From positions 1 to 64,000 of the IMG/VR virus record IMGVR_UViG_3300023179_006341: DNA of 64,000 nucleotides; one strand, written 5' to 3'. This document shows, piece after piece, positions 9,929 through 18,952 of the stretch (positions are counted from its first letter, which is position 1; every line of letters begins with the position of its first letter). A program made the translations under genes and the position numbers. Source of the stretch: a virus. A model generated the notes under the pieces. It saw only the letters and a list, made by a program, of their open reading frames with translations. It had not been told where the DNA came from and did not search any database.

Positions 9929-12304
9929 ATGGATGATGACGAGCTTCATGAACACTATTATGAATTGTGGAAACGTGGTTATTGGGAAATTCCAAGCGAT
10001 ATTGATGTAAATAATTTTGATTTTAATTGGAGACCACATTCATACCTAAAACCATCAATACATGTTTTTGGTACACAATGGCAACGTAGTGGTGGTCCGA
10101 AATTTATTGTTCCTGAACATGATGATATCATTTTTCATTCATTTCAAAAAGTTGTAAAACTAGAAAACAAAACTAATTTTCATATACCTGACTCAAGCTT
10201 GTTATTTGACTTTAGTTGGCATCATGATGAATACGATGCTAATTATCATTTCCAATGGAAAAATGGTATTAGCTACATTAACCCACAAGCCAATGAAACA
10301 ATTTACTTAACTGAATACAACAATGTTGACATACCCATCATTGGTAAACATATAGGGAACATTGATGAATTAGTCAATAAAGTTAATTATAATTTTTATG
10401 TTGTATCGCAATATATAGATTATTCAATTTGTGACTTTTTGTGGAAACCAAAATGTGTTGATGACATGTTGCACGTTAATGTTTTTAAAACTGAGCAACA
10501 TCAAAATACGCAAACTATGTTTATTAACACAGAAATGTATAAGCGTGGTTATCGTAATAGAAAATACATAGAAAATGAATTCTTAAAAGTTACATTTATA
10601 CCAAGTTTGTTTTTTGTTGACCATGGTAATAAACAATCAGAAAATAATTTCACTAAACTAAAACAAAGATTTCCTACTATACAAAAAATTAGGTTTTTTG
10701 ATAATTGGGTTGATACAATACAACGATGTGTAAGTAAAGCAACTACGCCAATTATTTGGGTTGTAGATAGTCATTATAATTACGACACTTTTGATTTTGG
10801 TTACTATCCTAATTTATGGGATGAAAAATACATTCATGTATTTGGTAATCAATGGAATGAATGGGGTAAAACATTTTTAATTAATGTTGATGAATACAAA
10901 AAAGTTAATACGTTAAAAAAAGATATTGAATTACTTAACCCAATTAAGCTAGTTGACCAAAAAGCTAACATTGAGTGTTCCAAATTTGATAAGTTAATGA
11001 TACATTTTGGTAATGAAAATAGTTTAGAAACAAAATATAAAGTTGCATATCAGGGAAGTTATTTGGCTACTATTGATTATTGGATTAGTCAACACCATTA
11101 TATTATGGGGTATAAAAATTATACTATATGGGTATGTAGTTCAATATGTGAATATTCAGAGTTTGATTTTACTTACGAGCCTAACCCATTTGATTATAAA
11201 CAATTACATGTTTTTTCTAGTAGTTATCATGGAATCATTGAAAAATTTGGTGACACATTTTTACTTAATGTTCATGAATATATTAAAGTGCGGAATGAAT
11301 TTGATTCATTACAACGATATAAATCAGGTATGAAATATATTGATAATATTACTGTACCAAGAAAAGACCACCCTGTTTATCCATTTATTGAAAGTTATGT
11401 TCATACTATACAACAAATTGAAGATGAAACTTTTCCTTATGTTGAAATTCGAAATAGTGATACTGAATATCCTAATCTTTTAAAATTATGGGATACAAAA
11501 CACATTGTATCTAACATGGATGGCAATGCTATATATTTTCCTATGGTTGCAAAAAGTATGATTAAAAATCAGTTGTATGATTATCCACACATTGAAAAAC
11601 CGTTAAAGTTTTATGGTAAACCGTTAGATATTGTGTTTATAAGCAATGGTGAACCCAATGCAGATGCACATTGGGATCATTTAAATAATTCATTAATAAA
11701 CAATAAAGCTACAAATAGAGTAGTGCGAGTAGATGGTATCAATGGTAGGGTAGCAGCGTATCATCGTGCTGCAGAAGAAAGTAAAACAAGATGGTTTTTT
11801 GCGGTTTTTGCTAAATTACGGGTTAATACTAAATTTGATTGGTCTTGGCAACCTGATTTGTTAGTACCTGATAAACATTATATTTTTACTGCGGTAAATC
11901 CTGTAAATCGTTTAAGCTATGGTCATCAAGCCATGATTGCCTATAATAAAAAACTAGTACTATCTAATAATGGTGTTGGTTTAGATTTTACGTTAGATGA
12001 TCCACATGATGTTATTAATCTTAATAGTGGTATTGCTTTTTATAACATTGATGCTTGGACAACTTGGCGAACAGCTTTTAGAGAGGCTATAAAGTTACAA
12101 GATTTGGTTGTCAAATACAATGATACAGATGCAATCTATAGATTAGGACGTTGGTGTGGTGCAGGTATAGGAGAGCATGCTGACTATAGTCAACGTGGTG
12201 CAAATGATGGTGTTGCATACTATAATGAAGTTAATGGTGATTTTAATAAACTGAAATTAAGTTATGAATGGGATTGGTTACGTAGACGTTTTGACTCATT
12301 ATAA
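9929..12304 (+). CDS. large repeat protein built from degenerate glycosyltransferase-like modules
   Basis: About six FDFxWxP...HVF units; C-terminal domain aligns with 3730..4653 (DIVFISNGEP, RVDGINGRVAAYHRAA, WRTAFREAIKL). Confidence 0.6.
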   Translation: MDDDELHEHYYELWKRGYWEIPSDIDVNNFDFNWRPHSYLKPSIHVFGTQWQRSGGPKFIVPEHDDIIFHSFQKVVKLENKTNFHIPDSSLLFDFSWHHDEYDANYHFQWKNGISYINPQANETIYLTEYNNVDIPIIGKHIGNIDELVNKVNYNFYVVSQYIDYSICDFLWKPKCVDDMLHVNVFKTEQHQNTQTMFINTEMYKRGYRNRKYIENEFLKVTFIPSLFFVDHGNKQSENNFTKLKQRFPTIQKIRFFDNWVDTIQRCVSKATTPIIWVVDSHYNYDTFDFGYYPNLWDEKYIHVFGNQWNEWGKTFLINVDEYKKVNTLKKDIELLNPIKLVDQKANIECSKFDKLMIHFGNENSLETKYKVAYQGSYLATIDYWISQHHYIMGYKNYTIWVCSSICEYSEFDFTYEPNPFDYKQLHVFSSSYHGIIEKFGDTFLLNVHEYIKVRNEFDSLQRYKSGMKYIDNITVPRKDHPVYPFIESYVHTIQQIEDETFPYVEIRNSDTEYPNLLKLWDTKHIVSNMDGNAIYFPMVAKSMIKNQLYDYPHIEKPLKFYGKPLDIVFISNGEPNADAHWDHLNNSLINNKATNRVVRVDGINGRVAAYHRAAEESKTRWFFAVFAKLRVNTKFDWSWQPDLLVPDKHYIFTAVNPVNRLSYGHQAMIAYNKKLVLSNNGVGLDFTLDDPHDVINLNSGIAFYNIDAWTTWRTAFREAIKLQDLVVKYNDTDAIYRLGRWCGAGIGEHADYSQRGANDGVAYYNEVNGDFNKLKLSYEWDWLRRRFDSL

Positions 12305-12356
12305 ACGGGTACTAAGTTTGCTGTAAAATAAGTAAATAATTAATAGGAGGTACATT

Positions 12357-12680
12357 ATGAAATATTTTTTAATTGGAATTATGGCTGCAATAGGTTTAAC
12401 ATTTAGCACAACAGTTAATGCACATATGAATGGTGGGCATAGAATGCATGTGCAACAAAGACATTTTCATCATCACCCACATCATTTTCATCGTTATCAT
12501 TGGGTAGCACCTGCCATAATAGGTGGAGCAGTAACGTATGCTATAACAAGACCATATATTGTTGACCAACCTGTTGTTGTGCAGCAAGTGCCACAATCTC
12601 CTGTTGTACACTGTACTGAATGGAAAGAAGTATTACAACCTAATGGAACCATTGTACAAGAACGTACATGTAATCAATAA
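12357..12680 (+). CDS. secreted/membrane His-rich protein
   Basis: Signal peptide ending VNA; HHHPHHFH tract; WVAPAIIGGAV; strong RBS aggagg. Confidence 0.6.
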   Translation: MKYFLIGIMAAIGLTFSTTVNAHMNGGHRMHVQQRHFHHHPHHFHRYHWVAPAIIGGAVTYAITRPYIVDQPVVVQQVPQSPVVHCTEWKEVLQPNGTIVQERTCNQ

Positions 12681-13078
12681 TGAAAAAGTTATTAATTTTA
12701 TTATCCATAGTTGGATGTAGTATAAGTTATGCACAAAACTATGGACAAGATGTTGCTATTGTTGTAGCAAAGCAACCAAGGTATAACACAATTTATCAGC
12801 AAGTATGTACACAATATCCTGTAGAGCGTAAGTCACAAGGTGGCAGTGTATTAGGTGCTATTGCGGGAGCAGCAATTGGTAATCAAATTGGTGGTGGTAG
12901 TGGTCGTGATATTGCTACTGCTGCGGGTGCTGTCATTGGTAGTCAATTAGGTGGTCAAAGTGATGGCAGTGTTGTTGAAATGCAAACAAGATGTAGTCAA
13001 CAACCTATGCAAGTACAAGCAGGTGAGGTGGTTACTTTTGAATATCGTGGACGTAGATTTACACAAGTTTTCCATTAA
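12680..13078 (+). CDS. glycine-zipper 2TM envelope protein (YcfJ-like)
   Basis: Signal peptide; GSVLGAIAGAAIGNQIGGGSGRDIATAAGAVIG; VTFEYRG. Confidence 0.75.
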   Translation: MKKLLILLSIVGCSISYAQNYGQDVAIVVAKQPRYNTIYQQVCTQYPVERKSQGGSVLGAIAGAAIGNQIGGGSGRDIATAAGAVIGSQLGGQSDGSVVEMQTRCSQQPMQVQAGEVVTFEYRGRRFTQVFH

Positions 13079-13108
13079 TATTATTATAAATATATGGATA
13101 TAAAGGTT

Positions 13109-14029
13109 TTTTCAATATGTCATTTACTATAACAGGTGGGTTACAATTATTAGGTGGGATGCAAGCAATTACTCCACCACCATCAGGACAGGCAGAATAT
13201 ATAGTACCTGGGACATACACATGGGTTGCACCCACAGGGGTAAGCTCAGTAAGTGCAGTTGCTATTGGAGCAGGGGGTGGTGGTGCAACTAATACAATTT
13301 TTGTAGTAGGTGGAGGTGGAGCTGGTCTTGGTTATGCGAATATTAGTGTAACATCGGGAAATCCTTATACTGTAGTTGTAGGGCAAAGAGGTCCACAAGG
13401 AGATGCTGGCTCTCCAGGAGGGCAAAGTTATTTTTCTGCGAATACTGTATTAGCAGGAAATGGTGGTGGAGGTGGGTCTGCAACTTCAAACCCTAGTAAT
13501 AAACCAGGCGGAACGGGTGGGGGATACGTAGGAAATGGTGGTGGTTTTGGTGGTAATGGAGGAAATAATTCAGGTCTAGGTGGTTCAGGAGGTGGTGGTG
13601 CAGGTGGTTATTCAGGAAATGGTGGAATTGGTGGTGTAGTAGGTAGTAGTGGAGCAACAGGCACTGGCGGGGCAGCAGGTGGAGGTGGAGGCGGTCAATC
13701 TAATTATTATAACGGTTCAGGTGGTGGGGGTACAGGAATATATGGGGCAGGAAGTAGCGGTTCAGGTGGACCTGTCCAAACAGGTGGAAACGGTGGGTCG
13801 GGTGGAACTCAAGGTGGAGCAGGAGGTTATGGATATCATAGCGCAGGAGGGGGTGGTGGAACTTATGGTGGTGGAGCAGGTGGTTCTATATCAACAAACC
13901 CAACAGGTTTAGGAGGAAATGGTGCTGTAAGAATAATTTGGGGAAGTGGAAGACATTATCCGTCCACAGGCACAGCAAACGTATAATATAAAAAAGGGTT
14001 TTCAATATGTCATTTACTATAACAGGTGG
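13109..14029 (+). repeat. 31-bp direct repeat (13109-13139 and 13999-14029) covering the start of the glycine-rich gene
   Basis: ttttcaatatgtcatttactataacaggtgg occurs twice. Confidence 0.9.
13117..13986 (+). CDS. glycine-rich virion accessory protein
   Basis: GTYTWVAPTGVSSVSAVAIGAGGGG...GGNGAVRIIWG glycine-rich domain; TATAAATA upstream. Confidence 0.7.
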   Translation: MSFTITGGLQLLGGMQAITPPPSGQAEYIVPGTYTWVAPTGVSSVSAVAIGAGGGGATNTIFVVGGGGAGLGYANISVTSGNPYTVVVGQRGPQGDAGSPGGQSYFSANTVLAGNGGGGGSATSNPSNKPGGTGGGYVGNGGGFGGNGGNNSGLGGSGGGGAGGYSGNGGIGGVVGSSGATGTGGAAGGGGGGQSNYYNGSGGGGTGIYGAGSSGSGGPVQTGGNGGSGGTQGGAGGYGYHSAGGGGGTYGGGAGGSISTNPTGLGGNGAVRIIWGSGRHYPSTGTANV

Positions 14030-14078
14030 TATAAGTTTTACAGGTTGCATACAAAGTAAAACGCTTTACCAACTTTAG
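14007..14078 (+). pseudogene. 23-aa stub MSFTITGGISFTGCIQSKTLYQL, N-terminal motif only of a paralog of 13117..13986
   Basis: Same first 8 residues as the upstream gene, then an early TAG. Confidence 0.6.
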
Positions 14079-14222
14079 AAACTATACTAAGAGCAAATGC
14101 AGCAATGTGCCACATCGACCAATAAAAAAAATAGAATTGACATATTCTACTTATTATCCAAAATACTTTACTACAGTTTTCAGGTATGTTAAATAGAATT
14201 ACTTTTTAAAAGGAACAATTCT

Positions 14223-15350
14223 ATGATTTTAACAAAAAGAAAACTTGTTAGTATGACAGTTGCTGCAATTACAGCACTTACTTTAGCAAGTTGCAGCAAA
14301 AAAGAAGAAGCTAAAGCACCTGCTGAACCACCTAAAGCAGCAGAACCATTAAAAGTTGGCTTCGTATATGTTGGTCCCGTAGGTGATGCAGGTTGGACAT
14401 TTGCACATGATAATGGTCGCAAACACATTGAAAGCAAGTTTGGTGATAAAATTAAAACTACATTTGTAGAAAAAGTACCTGAAGGTGCTGATGCTGAACG
14501 TGTTATTCGTGATTTAGTTAGCCAAGGTAATAAGCTAATTTTCGCTACATCATTTGGTTTTGGTGATGCTATGGAAAAAGTAGCAAAAGATCATCCTGAT
14601 GTTAAGTTTGAACATGCAACAGGTTATAAAACATCAGAAAATTTACGTGTATATGAAGCAAGATTCTATGAAGATGCTTATATGGCAGGTATTGTAGCAG
14701 GTAGTATGACAAAAACTAATACACTAGGATTTGTTGCTAGTTTTCCAATTCCTGAAGTATTGCGTAACATCAATGCATTTACAATGGGTGCAAGAAGTGT
14801 TAATCCTAAAGTTACTACCAAAGTTGTATGGGTGAATACTTGGTTCGATCCACCTAAAGAAGGTGAAGCAGCACAAGCATTAATTAATCAAAAAGCAGAC
14901 GTATTGTTACAAAATACAGATTCTACTGCAGTACTATTAACAGCAGAAAAGAATGGCAAATTTGCCTTTGGTTGGGATAGTGACATGAGCGCATTTGCTC
15001 CAAAAGCACATCTAGGTTCTGCCATCGTAAATTGGGGACCATACTACGAAAAAGCTGTTAACGATGTATTAAATGGTACATGGAAAACAAGTGATACCAA
15101 ATGGGGAACCAAAGAAGGTACTAATGATTTAGTGAAGATTAATGATGTCGTATCTGATGCTGCTAAGAAAAAAGTTGATGAAGTTAAATCATCATTAAAA
15201 GCAGGTACATTTGCAGTGTTTAAAGGACCACTTAAAGACAACACAGGTAAAGTTGTATTGGAAAAAGATGTGGTTGGTGATGATGCATGGAAGGGTAGGA
15301 TTAACTTTTATGTTGAAGGTGTAGAAGGTAAGATTCCTTCAGGTAAGTAA
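14223..15350 (+). CDS. BMP-family (PnrA-like) ABC transporter substrate-binding lipoprotein
   Basis: Lipobox LASC; KVGFVYVGPVGDAGWTFAHDNGR; FATSFGF; VNTWFDPPKE. Confidence 0.92.
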   Translation: MILTKRKLVSMTVAAITALTLASCSKKEEAKAPAEPPKAAEPLKVGFVYVGPVGDAGWTFAHDNGRKHIESKFGDKIKTTFVEKVPEGADAERVIRDLVSQGNKLIFATSFGFGDAMEKVAKDHPDVKFEHATGYKTSENLRVYEARFYEDAYMAGIVAGSMTKTNTLGFVASFPIPEVLRNINAFTMGARSVNPKVTTKVVWVNTWFDPPKEGEAAQALINQKADVLLQNTDSTAVLLTAEKNGKFAFGWDSDMSAFAPKAHLGSAIVNWGPYYEKAVNDVLNGTWKTSDTKWGTKEGTNDLVKINDVVSDAAKKKVDEVKSSLKAGTFAVFKGPLKDNTGKVVLEKDVVGDDAWKGRINFYVEGVEGKIPSGK

Positions 15351-15544
15351 TGTTTAATTCAGCCAATACAAGGTTATCACAAATTGCAAAACGTGCAGGG
15401 GTAGAATATACGGAAAGCATTGAGTTATTTGCTGAAATGATAGCTGAAGAATGTGCTGAAATTGCGGATACAGCGTGGCAGGTAAATTTATCTGCTGCGC
15501 CTGTTATTCGTAGACATTTTAATTTAATTGAGCCTAAAAAATGA
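15350..15544 (+). CDS. small hypothetical phage protein
   Basis: FAEMIAEECAEIA motif common in phage small proteins; coupled start/stop. Confidence 0.6.
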   Translation: MFNSANTRLSQIAKRAGVEYTESIELFAEMIAEECAEIADTAWQVNLSAAPVIRRHFNLIEPKK

Positions 15545-15690
15545 ATAACATTTCTAAAGATAATTTATTTATTGGTGTGTTTGTAGCATCATTAGTGTTG
15601 ATAGGTATATTTTTTGATATTGGAGAAACATGCATGATAGGATGGAACCCAATGTTAGGTGAATGTTCTGATATTGTTAAACCTAAATAA
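15541..15690 (+). CDS. 49-aa single-TM protein (not in the ORF track)
   Basis: ATGA overlap with the previous stop; LFIGVFVASLVLIGIFF. Confidence 0.55.
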   Translation: MNNISKDNLFIGVFVASLVLIGIFFDIGETCMIGWNPMLGECSDIVKPK

Positions 15691-15694
15691 CGTG

Positions 15695-15787
15695 ATGGAT
15701 TGGTACACACTAGGTTTACTTTTGTTTGTATGTATTGCAGTGTGGATTATAGAAGATATAATTTTACCAAAGTATCAAAATAAATAA
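15695..15787 (+). CDS. 30-aa membrane peptide MDWYTLGLLLFVCIAVWIIEDIILPKYQNK
   Basis: TAAATA (15684-15689) 5 nt before ATG; hydrophobic core. Confidence 0.55.
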   Translation: MDWYTLGLLLFVCIAVWIIEDIILPKYQNK

Positions 15788-15789
15788 TA

Positions 15790-16138
15790 GTATTGTTGTA
15801 TGAAGTTGATGGAAAAGTGCTGCGGACGAGGGTTCGAATCCCTCCCACTCCACCATAAATAGATTGAATGACTGAAGAAGAGATTAATAAAAGAAATTTT
15901 AAAATTAATGTTGTAATAATTTTATTAGTTTATGTAATAGGTATTACTGTTAATATAGTCTTTTTATGATGGGGTGGTATTAGGTTTCGACGGGGTAACA
16001 AGTACGGATATGGACAACACGATAGGCGAAGAACGTAATTCTAGCAAATCAAATAATCGCAAATGACGATTACTTTGGAGAAGTTCGCTTAGCTGCGTAA
16101 CCTCCACGAGGTAGGAAAGACCTTGTAACCAAACTACC
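15790..16138 (+). ncRNA. ssrA: circularly permuted (two-piece) tmRNA: acceptor piece about 15790-15855, intervening segment 15856-15970, coding piece from 15971
   Basis: T-arm GAGGG-TTCGAAT-CCCTC then CCACTCC-ACCA (15828-15855) lies upstream of GGGGTGG (15971). The two form a 7-bp acceptor stem with G3.U70. Tag frame 16059-16100 reads ANDDYFGEVRLAA*. Terminator follows. Outer ends approximate. Confidence 0.93.
15868..15969 (+). CDS. 33-aa membrane peptide inside the tmRNA intervening segment (MTEEEINKRNFKINVVIILLVYVIGITVNIVFL)
   Basis: Open frame fills the intervening segment; TAAATA at 15856-15861 6 nt before ATG; charged N-terminus plus TM helix. Confidence 0.55.
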   Translation: MTEEEINKRNFKINVVIILLVYVIGITVNIVFL

Positions 16139-16165
16139 TAGGGGCATTTGTGCCCCTATTTTTTT
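16139..16165 (+). terminator. rho-independent terminator after tmRNA
   Basis: taggggca-tttg-tgccccta then T-run. Confidence 0.85.
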
Positions 16166-16191
16166 ATAAATATCTTATAAGGGAGATATTT

Positions 16192-16617
16192 ATGTACATA
16201 TATCGTTGTAGAATAAACAAGGTTGTAGATGGTGATACGGTTGAAATTGATTTAGATTTAGGTTTTAACATCATTTTAGCTAATCAAAAAGTTCGTATGG
16301 CAGGTATAGATACCCCTGAAAGTAGAACATCTATTGCTGAAGAAAAAGTACGTGGTATGCTATCAAAGAAAAAATTAGCAGAAAAGTTGCCTGTAGGTAG
16401 TTGGCAAAGCATACAAACAATGAAAGCTGACAATAATGATGATAAATTCGGACGCATACTTGGTGTATTCATTATGGAAGATGGTTCTAGTTTAAATCAA
16501 TGGATGATTGATAATAACTATGCTGTACTGTATCAAGGTGAAAATAAAGAATTAGTACAAGAAGGTCATCGTTACAATAAACAAAAGTTGATTGAGCGTG
16601 GTGAGCTAAAAGCATAA
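16192..16617 (+). CDS. thermonuclease (SNase-like) family nuclease
   Basis: KVVDGDTV, VRMAGIDTPE, DKFGRILG; ATG 16192 with RBS ggag. Confidence 0.9.
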   Translation: MYIYRCRINKVVDGDTVEIDLDLGFNIILANQKVRMAGIDTPESRTSIAEEKVRGMLSKKKLAEKLPVGSWQSIQTMKADNNDDKFGRILGVFIMEDGSSLNQWMIDNNYAVLYQGENKELVQEGHRYNKQKLIERGELKA

Positions 16618-16627
16618 ATACATAATC

Positions 16628-17281
16628 ATGCTTACAAGAGAGTTCATTCAAGAAGGTGTCAACGATCCTAATATTTTTAAAGCTGTGTTTATGGCAGGTG
16701 GGCCTGGCTCAGGTAAGAGTTTTGTCGCACGTCAGTTAGGATTACAAGCAGCAGGGTTACGCACCATCAATAGTGATGATGCATTTGAGTACCTACTAAG
16801 AAAACATCAACTTGACCCTAAAATGCCACCTGAAGAACAGGAAAAACGTGATATTATTAGACAACGTGCTAAAGATATTACTTCTACTAAACGATCACTT
16901 GCCATACAGGGTCGTTTAGGATTAATCATAGATGGTACTGCTAAAAATCCCGAAAAGACAGCATCAGTTAAACAAGGATTAGAAGCACTAGGTTATGACA
17001 CCATGATGATATTTGTTAATACAAGTTTACCTGTTGCTTTAGAGCGCAATCGTATGAGAGCAAGAAGCGTACCTAATGAAGTTGTAAAAAAAGCACATGA
17101 AGAAGTTCAACTAGGCAAAGAAGGATTAGAAAAAGTTTTTGGTAGCAGTTTTGTACAAGTTTTAAATGATATGGAACCTGATTTTAAACCTGCATACAAA
17201 AAATTACAATCATTTTTAAGAAAACCATTATCACCAAATGCCCAAGAATGGGTAAACATGCATACACAGCCCAAAAAATAG
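16628..17281 (+). CDS. P-loop kinase (zeta-toxin/AAA_33-like) with capsid-targeting-like N-terminus
   Basis: MLTREFIQE; AGGPGSGKS; IIDGT; ALERNRMRARSVP. Confidence 0.75.
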   Translation: MLTREFIQEGVNDPNIFKAVFMAGGPGSGKSFVARQLGLQAAGLRTINSDDAFEYLLRKHQLDPKMPPEEQEKRDIIRQRAKDITSTKRSLAIQGRLGLIIDGTAKNPEKTASVKQGLEALGYDTMMIFVNTSLPVALERNRMRARSVPNEVVKKAHEEVQLGKEGLEKVFGSSFVQVLNDMEPDFKPAYKKLQSFLRKPLSPNAQEWVNMHTQPKK

Positions 17282-17346
17282 TAATTTTTTTGTGCAGTTG
17301 CAAAATATAAATATTAGCTTATGTAAGTTTATTATAAGGAACTATT

Positions 17347-18249
17347 ATGACAATTACTACAAAATTAACCATTGCTGACAAAGCTGTGGATACAACTTAC
17401 CAAGATGTAACAGGAACGACAAGTGGTGCAGGTACAGGGGCAAAATTCGATGTAACCAAAACCAATGGTGTATATACAGTAAAATTAGATTCTGCAACAG
17501 CAAGTTCAGGAACAGGTTATGTAGCAGGTGATACTATCACTATCCCAGGCGCAACCCTTGGGGGCACATCAACTAATAACTTGATTGTAACGGTAGCTAC
17601 CGTAGGAACAAGTGGTAAAATTGCAACATTTGGTGCAGTTGGAACAGGACGTGTAGGTGATGGTGACATTGATGTAATGTTTGAAGTAACAGGAAGCAAT
17701 GCCAAAGCTGAAGTATATGCACTAACAGGCAAAAAAGCTGACTTTAGTGTTACAGTTGGTGAGACAGGTGTTGTTACTGTAACACATCCTGATCTTGACA
17801 ATGTTGAACTCACTATGAAAGACATTGAACGTCTATCATTTACAGACTCATCGATTGCTTTTGATGTAAAAGGTAGTGCAGGTGAAGTATACGCTTTATT
17901 ATGCGCAGCACTTGGTAAAAATGATGTTACTCCTGCTTTAGTTGGTAAATATCTTAAGTTGGCTGATTCAGGTATGACAGATACACAGATAGCTGCTGAA
18001 ATACTTTCCTCAAAAGACTATGAACTAGATGCATTAGGTTTAGGTAACGAAACCTTTGTTAAACAAGTATGGAAAAATGTTACAGGTGAATTGCCTAGCT
18101 TAGAAAATCTAAGAGCATTTACTAAAGTTTTAGATGATAAAGTTTATTCTAAAGCAGAATTACTTGAAGCTGCTTCTAACTTAACAGTTTTCCGTGATGA
18201 AGATCATATTGACTTAGTTGGTATGACAAAAATTGATTTTATCCCCTAA
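17347..18249 (+). CDS. surface-protein-like protein with C-terminal DUF4214-like region
   Basis: GTGAKFDV...GTGYVAGDTITIPG N-domain; IERLSFTD..IAFD..G.AGEVY, NETFVKQVWKNVTG. Confidence 0.55.
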   Translation: MTITTKLTIADKAVDTTYQDVTGTTSGAGTGAKFDVTKTNGVYTVKLDSATASSGTGYVAGDTITIPGATLGGTSTNNLIVTVATVGTSGKIATFGAVGTGRVGDGDIDVMFEVTGSNAKAEVYALTGKKADFSVTVGETGVVTVTHPDLDNVELTMKDIERLSFTDSSIAFDVKGSAGEVYALLCAALGKNDVTPALVGKYLKLADSGMTDTQIAAEILSSKDYELDALGLGNETFVKQVWKNVTGELPSLENLRAFTKVLDDKVYSKAELLEAASNLTVFRDEDHIDLVGMTKIDFIP

Positions 18250-18273
18250 AAATTTTGGATAAAATCAATTCCC

Positions 18274-18301
18274 AAAAGGGTAGTGTTTACTACCCTTTTT
18301 T
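18274..18301 (+). terminator. rho-independent terminator
   Basis: aaaagggtagt-gttt-actacccttttt. Confidence 0.85.
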
Positions 18302-18378
18302 ATTGTAACAATATAAATAGTATGTAAATATTACGTCCTAGACAAAAATTTTATTCACACACACAAGGAGAAAATAAA

Positions 18379-18912
18379 ATGAAAACAGTAGGTGATCGAT
18401 TAGAATCCTTTACAATAACAGGTGTAAACCCAAGTAGTGATCAGTTTTTTGATATTACTGAAAAGTCATACGCAGGAAAATGGAAAATTATCGTATACTA
18501 TCCAAAATCTTTTACTTTTGTTTGTCCTACAGAGATTGTTGGATATGACAAATTATATCAAGATTTTGAAGATCGTGATACAGTTCTTCTTACAGGATCC
18601 ACAGATAATGAATTTTGTGTACTAGCTTGGCAAAATAGTCATTCAGATTTAAAAAAAATTAGACATACTCAATTTGCTGATACACAAAGGGGCAACTTAA
18701 GTTTAGTCGAACAACTAGGAATATTTTACGCTCCCGCAGGAGCACCACTTAGAGCAACATTTATTATTGATCCTGACAATGTAATTCAACATGTTACAGT
18801 AAATAACTTAAATGTTGGTCGTAGTCCTGAAGAAACATTACGAATTTTAGATGGATGCCAAACCAATGAACTTTGCGCTTGCAATCGTGCTGTAGGCGGC
18901 GAAACTTTATAA
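18379..18912 (+). CDS. ahpC: peroxiredoxin AhpC
   Basis: YPKSFTFVCPTEI; RATFIIDP; VGRSPEE; ELCACN. Confidence 0.93.
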   Translation: MKTVGDRLESFTITGVNPSSDQFFDITEKSYAGKWKIIVYYPKSFTFVCPTEIVGYDKLYQDFEDRDTVLLTGSTDNEFCVLAWQNSHSDLKKIRHTQFADTQRGNLSLVEQLGIFYAPAGAPLRATFIIDPDNVIQHVTVNNLNVGRSPEETLRILDGCQTNELCACNRAVGGETL

Positions 18913-18952
18913 ATCAGTAGGGCAGACATAAATACTCTAAAAAGGAGTGTTT

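Noticed and set aside
14137-14165. sigma70 promoter upstream of the BMP gene
   Set aside because: TTGACA is present but there is no convincing -10 at 17-nt spacing
15822-15855. tRNA gene (TTCGAAT loop plus CCA)
   Set aside because: No upstream acceptor strand, D arm or anticodon arm; it pairs with 15971-15977 and is the tmRNA acceptor piece
16150-16191. N-terminal extensions in the ORF track (also 1762, 3673, 19677, 31259, 41433, 49817)
   Set aside because: They overlap terminators or upstream genes; downstream ATGs have an RBS, coupling or a late box
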